Shown: piece by piece, positions 47,547 through 57,758 of the stretch | Layout of the letters: each line of letters starts with the position of its first letter | How positions within the stretch are numbered: position 1 is the stretch's first letter | Assembly (NCBI GenBank): GCA_964499445.1 | Contig: CAZCLE010000003.1 | Location: forward strand, 7,247-71,246 | From: an uncultured Dehalococcoidales bacterium | GTDB taxonomy: Bacteria; Chloroflexota; Dehalococcoidia; Dehalococcoidales; GCA-2688105 | Direction: 5' to 3' | Length of the DNA stretch: 64,000 nucleotides | The notes under the pieces: model-generated | Told to the model about the DNA's origin: nothing | The model's input: the letters and a program-made list of their open reading frames with translations, nothing else | The model's database searches: none | Made by a program: the position numbers and the translations under genes

Positions 47547-48423
47547 ACTTCTTCAATTCGTGATTACCGGGATAACTGTGGGCATGGTTTATGCCCTCGT
47601 TGCTCTGGGCTTCGTTTTAATCTGGAAATCGAGCGGCGTCGCCAACCTTGCCCTAGGACAACTGGTACTGATTTCTTCATGGTTCACCTATGGCATGCTG
47701 GTTCAGGCGGATCTCCCCATCTGGCTCGGCCTTCCGCTCGTTGTCCTCTTCGCTCTGGCTCTGGGCTGGATGATTGAGAGGCTTGCCCTGCGCCCACTCA
47801 TTGCTCAGCCTATCCTGTCTTTAATCACGGTTACACTGGGGGTGGCCTTTTTTATTCAAGGTGCCGTGAGCTTCATCTGGCCAAAAAGTGTGGCGGCTTT
47901 ACCTCGGCTTTTCCCTCAAGAGCCCGTCCACATTGGTACAGCGGTCGTATCCCAGGAATACCTGTGGGGAGCAGCTATATCCCTAGCCCTATTCGGTCTT
48001 TTATCCCTGTACTTTAAGTACAACAAGATGGGTATTGTCATGAGGGCAGTTGCTGATGACCAGCTGGCAGTCCAGGCCTGTGGCGTTCCGGTAACAAAAA
48101 TCTTTTCAATATCATGGATGTTCGCCTGCGTTGTAGCTGCTGTCGGTGGCATTCTTATGTCTAGCATTGGTGGCATTACCTTTGGTTTAGTTGAGACCGG
48201 GCTCAAGTCTTTCTCGGTGGTAATACTCGGCGGTCTTAATTCCTTTCTCGGTGCCATAATTGCTGGTCCCATAATTGGCCTGGCTGAAAACCTTGGCGGC
48301 GGCTATCTAACCCCGTTAACCTGGCCGGGGGTCAGGGAGGTTATCCCGTTTATTATTATCATAGTCGTTATGTTCCTGAAGCCCTATGGGCTATTCGGAG
48401 AAGAGCGTATAGAGAGGATTTAG
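47539..48423 (+). CDS. livH: Branched-chain-type ABC permease (LivH family)
   Basis: GMVYALVALGF, NLALG, MRAVADD, VILGG. Confidence 0.88.
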   Translation: MAELLQFVITGITVGMVYALVALGFVLIWKSSGVANLALGQLVLISSWFTYGMLVQADLPIWLGLPLVVLFALALGWMIERLALRPLIAQPILSLITVTLGVAFFIQGAVSFIWPKSVAALPRLFPQEPVHIGTAVVSQEYLWGAAISLALFGLLSLYFKYNKMGIVMRAVADDQLAVQACGVPVTKIFSISWMFACVVAAVGGILMSSIGGITFGLVETGLKSFSVVILGGLNSFLGAIIAGPIIGLAENLGGGYLTPLTWPGVREVIPFIIIIVVMFLKPYGLFGEERIERI

Positions 48424-48427
48424 TCAG

Positions 48428-49477
48428 TTGGATTTACCAAGCGGTACCCGCAATTATACCTATGCCCAGGATATGGCCATCTTTCGGACTAAAACCCAGT
48501 GGGCATTACTGGCTGCTCTCATGGTTTTTCTGTTCACCGCGCCACTGTACTGGGGGAATTACTGGTTGGGTGTTGCCAACCTTATCGGCATTACTATAAT
48601 TGCTGTAACCGGGCTAAATATCCTGACCGGATACTGCGGACAGTTATCTATTGGTCACGCCGGCTTCATTGCCGTAGGCGCATATACCGCCGCCGTGCTA
48701 ACTAACCGATTTGAGCTTCCCTTCCTGATAGGACTAATCTCGGCTGGGCTTACCGCCGGGGTGGTAGGGATGATTTTTGGTATCCCCTCCCTTCGTGTTA
48801 AGGGATTCTACCTGGCGATTAGCACCATTGCCGCCCAATTTATCATTCTCTGGGTTATCAATCACTGGTCTAGCCTAACCGGGGGTTTTACTGGTATAAG
48901 TGTGCCGCCAGCTTCCATCGGTGGTATCTCCTTCGTCAGCCAGGGCAGTCAGTTCTATCTAATTATGATAATTACGGTACTGGTAATCTTCTTTGCTAAG
49001 AATCTGGCCAGAACCAGGCCGGGTAGAGCCTTTGTTGCCATCAGGGATAATGACCTCGCTGCCCAGGTTATGGGGATTAATCTCTTTCGGTATAAACTTA
49101 TCGCCTTCTTTATTGGTTGTTTTCTGGCTGGAATCGCCGGGTCATTACTCGCCCACTGGGTTGGCTTTATGAGTGGTGAGCATTTCACCTTAATGGACTC
49201 AATATTATATATCGGCATGATAATCATCGGAGGTGCCGGCACTACCCTCGGGCCTATTTTCGGCGTCATTTTTATCAGGATGCTGCAACAGGGGATAACA
49301 TTCATTTCACCCGTTATGGAACAGACCTTCGCCCTCCCCGCCGGATTTACCACCGGCATCGGGCCGATGGTATTTGGCCTGGCAATTGTTCTGTTCCTGA
49401 TACTGGAGCCCCGGGGGCTGGCCCACCGATGGGCGTTATTTAAAGCTTCTTATAGGCTCTGGCCTTTCTCATACTAG
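48428..49477 (+). CDS. livM: Branched-chain-type ABC permease (LivM family)
   Basis: GLNILTGYCGQLSIGH, LRVKGFYLAI, GRAFVAIRDN; TTG start. Confidence 0.88.
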   Translation: MDLPSGTRNYTYAQDMAIFRTKTQWALLAALMVFLFTAPLYWGNYWLGVANLIGITIIAVTGLNILTGYCGQLSIGHAGFIAVGAYTAAVLTNRFELPFLIGLISAGLTAGVVGMIFGIPSLRVKGFYLAISTIAAQFIILWVINHWSSLTGGFTGISVPPASIGGISFVSQGSQFYLIMIITVLVIFFAKNLARTRPGRAFVAIRDNDLAAQVMGINLFRYKLIAFFIGCFLAGIAGSLLAHWVGFMSGEHFTLMDSILYIGMIIIGGAGTTLGPIFGVIFIRMLQQGITFISPVMEQTFALPAGFTTGIGPMVFGLAIVLFLILEPRGLAHRWALFKASYRLWPFSY

Positions 49478-49557
49478 TTTTTAATTAAGGAGGGGAGTAC
49501 AATGTGGGCTATCTAAAGACCTTGTCGATTAAACTTAAGTATTAGGAGGAATAAAAA

Positions 49558-50802
49558 ATGAATTTAAAAAAGCCGTTAAAAATGGCAGTGGTCGTAGGTA
49601 TGGCCTTAATCATAGCCATAGTGCCCTTGGTGAGTGGCGGTTGTGCTGGTGATGGCGGTAAGGTAAAGGTAGGCTTCAGTATTTGCTACACCGGTCCTGC
49701 CGCTGAAAAGGGACGCCCGATGGGTGATGGCAAGCTGGACTGCATTAAGTATATCAATGAGGAGATGGGTGGCGTTGCCGGACACCAGATTGAGGTGATA
49801 TGGCGCGACAATGGATATGACGCTGCTAAAGCACCTACCATAGTTAACGAACTGATGGCTAAGGATTGCCTGCTCTTTACCACCTGCTCATCAGGGATGA
49901 TGACGGCGTCTATGGAGATTGCCAACCGCGCCGAGTTCCCTGGCTTTGCTGTGTTTAGCGCTCCGGCACTCACTCATCCGCCACAGCATATCTATGGTCA
50001 GATGCCCGATTATGGTGATGACTGGGCAGCCTTTGCCGAATACTATTTAGAGAATATCTGGCAGGGGACAGGAAAGCCCAAGATGGCGATGCATCTACTT
50101 AATAACTCCACCGGTTATGGTGCCCGGGATGCGTCTAAGGCTCTGGCTGACGAACTGGGTATTGAGATTGTGGCTACTGAGGAGCATACCCCTACCACCA
50201 TATCTGAAATAGAAAGTCTCACCCGGGTTAAGGCATTAGAGCCTGATATCCTTTATATCTCCAGCACACCACAGCCGACTTCTATCATTGTCAAGAATGC
50301 AGTTGAACTTGGCCTGTATCCCGGTATCACCATTGGTTGTGGCCACGCCAGCTTCACCAGCGCCCTCGTTGAGCTGGCTGGTGATGATGTTACCGAGGGT
50401 GTATACGGTGTCTTTCCAACGGTGAATTGGGGTGATAATGTGCCGGCTATGGACAAGATGACCGAGTACTGCCAGAAATATCATCCTGATGACTACGGTA
50501 ACATGGACTATATCACCTGTTGGGCAGAGGGATTAATCGTGGCTGAGATTCTGCGGCTAGCCATTGAGAATGTCGGAGTTGATAATCTCACCCCACAGGC
50601 GGTAGAGGAATATGGCTTCAAGAAGCTGAACAACTTTGATGCTGGTGGACTGCATGGCCCGGTAACCTACTCTCCCGGTGACAACCGACTTTCCAAATCG
50701 GTCAGGGTGTTCCAGGTACAAAGCGGTGAAATCACGCCAGTGAGCGACTGGGTAGAAGCACCACTGATAAAGTACGAAGATTTTGACTGGTTCGGCAGAT
50801 AA
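49558..50802 (+). CDS. ABC substrate-binding lipoprotein (LivK/Peripla_BP_6 family)
   Basis: Lipoprotein signal (SGGC); GGVAGHQIE..DNGYD. Confidence 0.85.
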   Translation: MNLKKPLKMAVVVGMALIIAIVPLVSGGCAGDGGKVKVGFSICYTGPAAEKGRPMGDGKLDCIKYINEEMGGVAGHQIEVIWRDNGYDAAKAPTIVNELMAKDCLLFTTCSSGMMTASMEIANRAEFPGFAVFSAPALTHPPQHIYGQMPDYGDDWAAFAEYYLENIWQGTGKPKMAMHLLNNSTGYGARDASKALADELGIEIVATEEHTPTTISEIESLTRVKALEPDILYISSTPQPTSIIVKNAVELGLYPGITIGCGHASFTSALVELAGDDVTEGVYGVFPTVNWGDNVPAMDKMTEYCQKYHPDDYGNMDYITCWAEGLIVAEILRLAIENVGVDNLTPQAVEEYGFKKLNNFDAGGLHGPVTYSPGDNRLSKSVRVFQVQSGEITPVSDWVEAPLIKYEDFDWFGR

Positions 50803-50859
50803 CTATTTTTGTAAGAGCCCTTGCCTCAGGTAGGGGCTCTTACTGCTAGAAGGTTTGAT

Positions 50860-51651
50860 ATGCTTAAACTGAATAACATTGAGGTTACCTATCTCAATGT
50901 TATACGGGTACTTCATGGCGTTTCTCTGAATGTAGAAGATGGCTCAATTGTTGCCCTTCTCGGGGCTAATGGCGCCGGTAAGAGCACCACTCTTAAGGCA
51001 ATATCGGGACTACTACATGTGGAGGAGGGAGAAGTAACCGATGGTAGTATTGAGTGGCGTGGTGAAAGAATAGATAAAAAAAGTGCCGAGGAAATAGGCA
51101 AGCTGGGCATTATTCAGGCGCTGGAGGGGCGCCGGGTCTTTGAGCACCTCAGTACCGAGGAAAATCTGCTGGTTGGGGCTTTCCACCGTAGCGACCGTCG
51201 TGCCGTAAAACAAGACCTGGAGATGGTTTACGAATACTTTCCACGACTTAAGGAGCTTCGGCGTAATACCGCTGGCTACCTCTCTGGAGGTGAGCAGCAA
51301 ATGCTGGTCATCGGCCGGGCCATGATGGCTACCCCTAAGCTCATGATGCTGGACGAGCCGTCACTGGGTCTGTCACCAATGTTAGTTGAGGAAATATACA
51401 ATATTATCCAGCGGTTCAACACCGAACAGAAAACATCAGTCCTCCTCGTGGAGCAGAATGTCAGAATTGCCTTAAGCATTGCTCACTACGGCTATGTTAT
51501 GGAAAATGGTCGGATTGTTCTTGATGGTAGTGCCGATTTCCTGAAGAATAACGAGGATGTGAAGGAATTTTACATGGGGCTATCGGCTATGGGGACCAAG
51601 AAGAGCTACCGAGAAGTAAAACACTATAAGAGGCGAAAGCGATGGCTGTAA
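50860..51651 (+). CDS. livF: ABC ATP-binding protein (LivF family)
   Basis: GANGAGKST, LSGGEQQML, DEPSLGL, VEQN. Confidence 0.9.
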   Translation: MLKLNNIEVTYLNVIRVLHGVSLNVEDGSIVALLGANGAGKSTTLKAISGLLHVEEGEVTDGSIEWRGERIDKKSAEEIGKLGIIQALEGRRVFEHLSTEENLLVGAFHRSDRRAVKQDLEMVYEYFPRLKELRRNTAGYLSGGEQQMLVIGRAMMATPKLMMLDEPSLGLSPMLVEEIYNIIQRFNTEQKTSVLLVEQNVRIALSIAHYGYVMENGRIVLDGSADFLKNNEDVKEFYMGLSAMGTKKSYREVKHYKRRKRWL

Positions 51652-52928
51652 AAGATAAACAGGATGAATTCTTTGATGAATTGGAGGTAATGCCTGCTGA
51701 GACAAGAGAAAAATACCTAAACCAGAGATTGTCTCAGGCTGTAGACCATGCTTACCGCAATGCTCCTGCTGCTAAGGAAATATTTGACAAGACTAAAGTC
51801 AAGCCCACCCAGATACGCACTATAAGAGACCTGGAAAGCATACCCATCATCAGGAAGACTGACCTGATAGATTGGCAACGGGCAAATCCACCCTATGGAG
51901 GCTTCCTCGCCGTTCCACCTGAAGATGTTGACCGTGTATTTATTTCACCCGGCCCGATATATGAGCCGCTTCACACCGGGAATATTAAATGGTTTGCCAA
52001 GTCATTCTATGCCGCCGGATTTCGCAGGGGAGACGTGGTTATTAACACGTTCACTTACCATATGTCCCCGGCCGGTATCCTGTTTCACGAAGCCCTGAAG
52101 GATTGTGGGGCTACCGTTGTCGTCACCGGCACGGGCAATACGGACATCCAGGTTCAAACTATGTATGATTTGAAGGTTACTGGTTTCGTGGGAACGCCTA
52201 GCTTTCTCATGACCCTCATTAAAAAGGCGGAGGAATTAGGGCATGATTTTCGTCGGAATTTCTCTCTTAAGCGTGCTTGGTTTACCGGAGAGATGCTCCC
52301 GGCTTCGCTACGGAAAACTCTAGAGGAAGACTACCAGATTGCTACCGCACAAGCTTATGCGGTTACCGAGCCAGGTGGTGCCATCGCCTATGAGTGTCGC
52401 CAGAAATCGGGACTCCACCTTATGGACGAATATGTGGTAGAAATAGTCGACCCCGAGACAGGAAAACAGCTAGGACCTGGGGAAATAGGCGAAATAGTGG
52501 TAACACCAGTTCACAATGAAGCCTGGGGCCTTATCCGCTTTGGCACCGGTGATATGTCCTCATACACCACTGAACCCTGTCCCTGTGGCCGGACAGCTAA
52601 CCGGCTGGTCGCCATCGTGGGTAGAACCAGCGATGCAGTCAAGGTGAGAGGGATGTTTGTCGTGGCTAAGCAAGCCGAACAGGTAGTAACTAGCTTTGAG
52701 CCAGTTTCCAGATTCCAGATAGTGGTTGGGCGTAGCGGACAGCGGGATGAAATGACCCTCAAGATTGAGTTAAAGGACGAAGCCATAGACAAAGGAAAAT
52801 TAGCTGAAGATTTGAATAGAAGATTCCAGGAATTGTGCCGGGTTAAGATAGATAGTATTGAATTTGTGGAGAAGGGAACTATACCTGAAGAGCATCAAAA
52901 AATAGTTGATGAAAGAACCTGGAAGTGA
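51642..52928 (+). CDS. Phenylacetate-CoA-ligase-like (PaaK/PaaF family) protein
   Basis: PIIRKTDL, GTPSF, TGEML, IRFGTGD, KVRGMFV. Confidence 0.82.
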   Translation: MAVKDKQDEFFDELEVMPAETREKYLNQRLSQAVDHAYRNAPAAKEIFDKTKVKPTQIRTIRDLESIPIIRKTDLIDWQRANPPYGGFLAVPPEDVDRVFISPGPIYEPLHTGNIKWFAKSFYAAGFRRGDVVINTFTYHMSPAGILFHEALKDCGATVVVTGTGNTDIQVQTMYDLKVTGFVGTPSFLMTLIKKAEELGHDFRRNFSLKRAWFTGEMLPASLRKTLEEDYQIATAQAYAVTEPGGAIAYECRQKSGLHLMDEYVVEIVDPETGKQLGPGEIGEIVVTPVHNEAWGLIRFGTGDMSSYTTEPCPCGRTANRLVAIVGRTSDAVKVRGMFVVAKQAEQVVTSFEPVSRFQIVVGRSGQRDEMTLKIELKDEAIDKGKLAEDLNRRFQELCRVKIDSIEFVEKGTIPEEHQKIVDERTWK

Positions 52929-52945
52929 GATGGTTACCTCGGCAG

Positions 52946-53821
52946 CTATTCCTTCTCTCCCAGGTAGGCTGAAATAACCTGCGGGTTGGTTCTTATTTCA
53001 TCCGGGGTGCCCTCAGCAATTTTCCGTCCAAAATCGAGGACTACAATCCTGTCGGCTAAATCCATGACTACTCCCATATCATGCTCAACGAGGACGATAC
53101 AGCTAACTCCATCCCTCAGAACCGGCGTTTCGGGATAGGTATCTCCCTGTCCTTCAAATATATCAATGATGAACCTGGCAATGTCCTCTTTCTCTTCTAA
53201 GTTCATTCCCGCCATAGGTTCATCGAGGAGTAGAACCTTTGGTTCCAGAGCCAGAGCTCTACCCAGTTCGACCCTCTTGCGCATTCCGTAGGGGAGGGCA
53301 CCGACCACCTTCTTTCTAATTGGCTCTATTTCCAGGAAATCGATGATGTTCTCCACCGTTTTACGGTGTTCAATTTCCTCCCGGTGAGCCCAGCCGAAAT
53401 ACTGCGCACTACTCAGGAAGTTCTGTTTCATAAGGACGTGTCTAGCCGCCATAATATTATCCAGAGTGCTCAGCCCGGTAAATAGCTCAATATTCTGGAA
53501 TGTTCTGGCTAGACCTAGCTGAGCTGCCTTATCGGGACGGATTCGGGTGATTCTCTTGCCTTCATAATATATCTCACCCTCTTGCGGCTTATAGAAGCCG
53601 TTGATACAGTTTAGGAGGCAGGTCTTACCAGCGCCATTTGGCCCTATAATCGCCAGAATCTCGTTTTCCCTAATATCAAGGCTAACTTCGCTAAGCGACT
53701 TGACACCGCCAAAAGAGAGGAAAAGATTCTCAATTCGTATCTTTACCTGGTAACCGCTTCTCTCCTCGGGCAACTTGTGTTCTCCTGATTGGACACAATC
53801 ATTCTCTGGCTTTGCTCTCAC
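52946..53821 (-). CDS. livG: ABC ATP-binding protein (LivG family), opposite strand to its partners
   Basis: GPNGAGKT, RTFQN, LPYGMRKRVEL, LDEP, GTPDEIRTNPQVISAYLG; true start uncertain. Confidence 0.88.
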   Translation of the reverse strand: MRAKPENDCVQSGEHKLPEERSGYQVKIRIENLFLSFGGVKSLSEVSLDIRENEILAIIGPNGAGKTCLLNCINGFYKPQEGEIYYEGKRITRIRPDKAAQLGLARTFQNIELFTGLSTLDNIMAARHVLMKQNFLSSAQYFGWAHREEIEHRKTVENIIDFLEIEPIRKKVVGALPYGMRKRVELGRALALEPKVLLLDEPMAGMNLEEKEDIARFIIDIFEGQGDTYPETPVLRDGVSCIVLVEHDMGVVMDLADRIVVLDFGRKIAEGTPDEIRTNPQVISAYLGEKE

Positions 53822-54078
53822 TGTCCCTTCTTGGTCTCCTCAGCAAGCAAATTTTCCTTATATTGAATTAGGCGGCGGCATTCTGGACCGGTACATTCCA
53901 GCTGCCGTCCTAATTGATTACTTTTCTTCTTGAGTAGACTAAGTATTTCCTTACCAGGTTCACCATACTCGCTGTAGCCAGTACACTTTGTCGACAAATC
54001 CTTGTAGATTATCAGGGTTACTTCGTCATCCACCGCATCACAGTAAATAGTAGTTGCTGTTACTTCCCAATCAACCAT
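53818..54078 (-). CDS. Hypothetical protein with 4 Cys
   Basis: WEVTATTIYCD...CTG...CTGPEC; translationally coupled to livG. Confidence 0.7.
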   Translation of the reverse strand: MVDWEVTATTIYCDAVDDEVTLIIYKDLSTKCTGYSEYGEPGKEILSLLKKKSNQLGRQLECTGPECRRLIQYKENLLAEETKKGQ

Positions 54079-54205
54079 GTTTGTCTTAGTCTGCTCCTTA
54101 TCTAACCTACCATATTATCATCGCTCAACCTGAAATTCAACGACGCTTCATCAAGAGTTATAAGCTAGCAAACAACATGGCGCTCTCTCCACAAGTCGTC
54201 TTAGC

Positions 54206-55420
54206 TCAACATGTTTCCTCTAAGACCTCAGCTACCCTCCCGGCCACGCTTTCCCAGCTTCGGTTCTCAACCGCATATTTCCGACCATTCTTACCCATCT
54301 GCTCTCTAAGTTCCTTACTGTGAAGGAGTCTCAAAATCGCTTGAGCCAGCTCTGGAGGAGATTCCGGCTCCACTAGGATTCCAGCATTATTGTCTTCTAA
54401 TATCTCCAGACCGCTTACCCGGCTTGCTACCACTGGTTTTTCACAAGCCATATATTCGTGTATCTTCAAGGGTGAAAGCCCAACTTTCTCACCGCGATGG
54501 GCTACAAACGGAGCTACACAGACAACGCTAGCATTGATATATAGAGGGACTTGGTGATAAGGAACCATCCCGGTAAAAATTGCCTTATCAGATACACCAA
54601 CCTGCCGGCCAAGTTCAACTAACTCTTGCCTCATCATACCGTCGCCAACAATTAAAAAGCTGGTCGATGGACATTCTTTCACTACATAGGGGATGCTTTT
54701 TATCAGGTGGTCAACGCCGTGCCAGGCAACAAGGTCACCGACAAAAATTACCAGATGACCAGCCTTGGTAAGTTTTAATTGCTTTCTTGCCTGCTTGGTA
54801 TTCATTGGCTTAAACAACTCTGTGTTTGCCCCATTCGGAATCACGACAATTTTATCCCTAGGCACCCCGTAATCTTTTTGAAGAGTTTCTTTCAGCTTTG
54901 AGGTAACGACAATAATCTTATCCGCCCTCGGCATATTGAATCTCTCTATCCGGTCAATAATCTTCAATGAGAAGTTATCGGTGAATCCAGTGATTCTGGC
55001 ATTAGCGCTCTCTATTCCGTCCACTTCTTTCACCAGAGGGAGCCTAAATAACCTGGCTAAGAGGTAGTCACTGTTAAATAAACTGTGCCTCCGGTAAATA
55101 ATGTCAAAATTTCTCCTCTTGCCTATTATGAGGACAAAAGCGGAAAGAAAAAGAGAGACATCACGTCCAAAAGACCACAGGATACCGATTTCACCCCTAA
55201 AGCGCCGGACTACTCTTAATGAAAGTAGCTTACCTCTTATGCCCTTGGCTACTGAGGGTGGGTTGCTGCAAACGATTTCCTCTGCCTTTTTGGGATAATC
55301 TGCGTTAAGGAGGGCTACATTGTGGCCCAGCTTGGATAGATTGCTTATAAGCTCATATTTATGAGTTGATACAGTAATTAACCGCCCGATTTTCAAGCGG
55401 TCATAAAATAGTATATTCAC
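54206..55420 (-). CDS. Glycosyltransferase family 4
   Basis: VIPNG, FVGDL..WHGV, SPLKIHEYMAC, GILVEP; start set at GTG 55420. Confidence 0.9.
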   Translation of the reverse strand: MNILFYDRLKIGRLITVSTHKYELISNLSKLGHNVALLNADYPKKAEEIVCSNPPSVAKGIRGKLLSLRVVRRFRGEIGILWSFGRDVSLFLSAFVLIIGKRRNFDIIYRRHSLFNSDYLLARLFRLPLVKEVDGIESANARITGFTDNFSLKIIDRIERFNMPRADKIIVVTSKLKETLQKDYGVPRDKIVVIPNGANTELFKPMNTKQARKQLKLTKAGHLVIFVGDLVAWHGVDHLIKSIPYVVKECPSTSFLIVGDGMMRQELVELGRQVGVSDKAIFTGMVPYHQVPLYINASVVCVAPFVAHRGEKVGLSPLKIHEYMACEKPVVASRVSGLEILEDNNAGILVEPESPPELAQAILRLLHSKELREQMGKNGRKYAVENRSWESVAGRVAEVLEETC

Positions 55421-55582
55421 CCCACCCCCCAAATAGCTACAGTAAATCAGCTTTAAACTTTTATGGCAGTTACCAGCTCCACTTTCTGCTCCGGGCTCAG
55501 TCCACTCTTTCCCATAATTACCTCGTTTGTAGGCTGTCCCATTATGGCTTATAAATGCCACTCATTTTTTGAGATGAAAAAA

Positions 55583-56593
55583 TCACCAATGTTTTTGGCA
55601 CAGTTTGTCATAATCGGGTTCAATATTCTCAGAAAACTCGACAAACCCTATTTCCCGGGCAATGTCAAGTATGGAGCAAATTTGCTCCTTGGTGAAGAAT
55701 TCCTTATATACGCCAAGTTTCTTTTTGCCTTTTGAATCAAATTGAGACCACTCTCTTGCCTCACGACCCTTTTTCTTTATTTGCAAAAGAGAATCTAAAG
55801 GAGGTTCCAGGCCCCATTCAGAATAGAGTCTTTTCAAAACTGTGTAACTGTCAAGAACGAGTTCTTCATAGGACAAGATGCTCCACTTCTCAGGTTGCCA
55901 GTAGTGAAAGGGAATAAAATTGTCGAGGCCCCAGGTAAGTGCCCTGATTTCTTCTTCAGTATGTATGTTCTTGAGTAGGGCTTGGAATTTTGGGAAGTGT
56001 TTTTCGACCAGTTCTACATCATAGTGTGGTATATGCTCAATTGGTGGGAACTGGGGATGTTTCATCTGAGAGTATACAACCTCACAAGGATGCCTTATTA
56101 TAAGCACAGGTTTATATTTAAAGTTAAAATTTTCAACTAGCCACGGTAGAAGTCTGTTTGCTCTTGCAAATTTTATCACCCACATTTTTGTTTTTGGTAT
56201 TTTAAGAAAAGGTGTATCCCTCGTATTGACACCATTTGCAATTTTCCCAGAAAAGACTGCTTTAAAGTATTCCCTAACATCCGGTCTCTTTTCATCAGGA
56301 GGGATAAAATTTCTCCAGGTAAAACCCAATTGCTTCACTTCTCTAAATGCAAGATGCAATGGCTCAACAATTGAAGTAAATCCCGAAGGAGCAGAGACGA
56401 TATCCATTAACCAGGTGGTGCCTGATCTTGGACTTCCTGTTATAACCAGGGCGTTCTCGGCAGAGAATTCTTGTGCTCCCAGTTTAATATATGTTCTTAC
56501 ACCTACATTCCTTAAGTTAACATATGTTCTTACACCCGCATTCCTTAAGACGTGGTGATAACCCTTTTTCAAGTAATTATTGGCGAGTTCCAT
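55583..56593 (-). CDS. PAPS-dependent sulfotransferase family protein (AT-rich)
   Basis: 5'-PSB ITGSPRSGTTWL, 3'-PB LIIRHP..VVYS, SYEEL; line 56101 is 19/60 GC. Confidence 0.85.
   Translation of the reverse strand: MELANNYLKKGYHHVLRNAGVRTYVNLRNVGVRTYIKLGAQEFSAENALVITGSPRSGTTWLMDIVSAPSGFTSIVEPLHLAFREVKQLGFTWRNFIPPDEKRPDVREYFKAVFSGKIANGVNTRDTPFLKIPKTKMWVIKFARANRLLPWLVENFNFKYKPVLIIRHPCEVVYSQMKHPQFPPIEHIPHYDVELVEKHFPKFQALLKNIHTEEEIRALTWGLDNFIPFHYWQPEKWSILSYEELVLDSYTVLKRLYSEWGLEPPLDSLLQIKKKGREAREWSQFDSKGKKKLGVYKEFFTKEQICSILDIAREIGFVEFSENIEPDYDKLCQKHW
56489..56549. repeat. 33-bp in-frame tandem duplication
   Basis: ATATGTTCTTACACC(TA/CG)CATTCCTTAAG at 56489 and 56522. Confidence 0.85.
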
Positions 56594-56633
56594 TATGCCG
56601 TACCTCTTAAAGTCTCACAAAGTCCAAACAGTC

Positions 56634-57758
56634 CTATGCTAGCTCTTTAAACTCCTCCAAATATCTCCCGGTTAGTGTCTCCCAGCTAACGTTATCTATG
56701 GCGTATTGTCGGGCGTTTTGGGAGTGGTTTGAGTTATCTCCTGTTAAGTAGTCAATTATCTTCCTGGCTGCCTTCTTTTCGTCTTTATAATCAACGATAA
56801 TGCCACAGTTGGCCTCCTCAATGATTTTAAAATGCGGGATATCTGACGCGATGCTAGGTAAGCCAGATGCCATTGCCTCAGCCAGGGTTAATATCGGCTC
56901 TCCCCCTTCATACTTTGATGATACTGCAAAATAATCGGAACCGGCATAGAGGTCAGGGGCATCCTGTTCATGGTCCACATAGCCCAGGAATCTGACGTTG
57001 TTTAATCCCTGTTGCTGAGCAAGTTTTTGTGCCCCTGATAAGAGTTCCCCCACTCCAGCAATAACCACGGTTATATCTTTAATCTCCTTCTCAACCAGTG
57101 AAAATACCCGAATCAATCTATACGGCTCTTTCTGCTCGGTCAATCTGCCCAGACTTAAGACTATAATGTCATTCTCAGAAAGGTTGAATTTCCCCCGCAG
57201 CCTTTTCTTATCATCAGCCGGTTTAAATCTCTCAACATTTACTCCATTGGGTATGTAGGTTATTTTTTCGCGGTCTATGCCCCTCGCTTCCAACTCAGTG
57301 GCTGCCTGATTACTGACGGCGGTAAATTTAACATTGCCAGGACTGAGCTTGTGCCAGCTGTTTTGCTCAAACTGGGATGAGATTTTGTAGAGAAGATGAT
57401 AGTACCACGAGTATATCCGGCGAACACTCATCCCGTAGTAAGTGCCATGTATGGTAATCAGGCTTTTCTTGAAGGGGCTACTTCTGATAAAGAAGGGGTT
57501 ATTAAGCCAGACCATGTCATAATCCTCAGCCCTTTGTTTAAAATACCTGACGACCTGATACCAATAGTAGAGTAAACCCAGTATGCCAAACTTCTGAATC
57601 ATCCAAGTATTGCCCAGCGTTATATCGGGGCCGGTTGGCGAGCAGATGGTGCAGTCAACCCCCATTGCCTGGAGTCGAGTGACGACATTATAGACAACGT
57701 TGCCAATACCTGATGAATACCGAGGGGGATATTCCTGGGTACAAACTAATAGCTTCAT
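56634..57758 (-). CDS. Glycosyltransferase family 4
   Basis: QEYPP, IPNGVN, LGRL..QK, EGG..LTLAEAMASG. Confidence 0.9.
   Translation of the reverse strand: MKLLVCTQEYPPRYSSGIGNVVYNVVTRLQAMGVDCTICSPTGPDITLGNTWMIQKFGILGLLYYWYQVVRYFKQRAEDYDMVWLNNPFFIRSSPFKKSLITIHGTYYGMSVRRIYSWYYHLLYKISSQFEQNSWHKLSPGNVKFTAVSNQAATELEARGIDREKITYIPNGVNVERFKPADDKKRLRGKFNLSENDIIVLSLGRLTEQKEPYRLIRVFSLVEKEIKDITVVIAGVGELLSGAQKLAQQQGLNNVRFLGYVDHEQDAPDLYAGSDYFAVSSKYEGGEPILTLAEAMASGLPSIASDIPHFKIIEEANCGIIVDYKDEKKAARKIIDYLTGDNSNHSQNARQYAIDNVSWETLTGRYLEEFKELA

Noticed and set aside
49503-49517. Mini-ORF MWAI* with a strong RBS before the substrate-binding protein gene
   Set aside because: It has a single Trp codon and no attenuator structure, so it is more likely a remnant start site.
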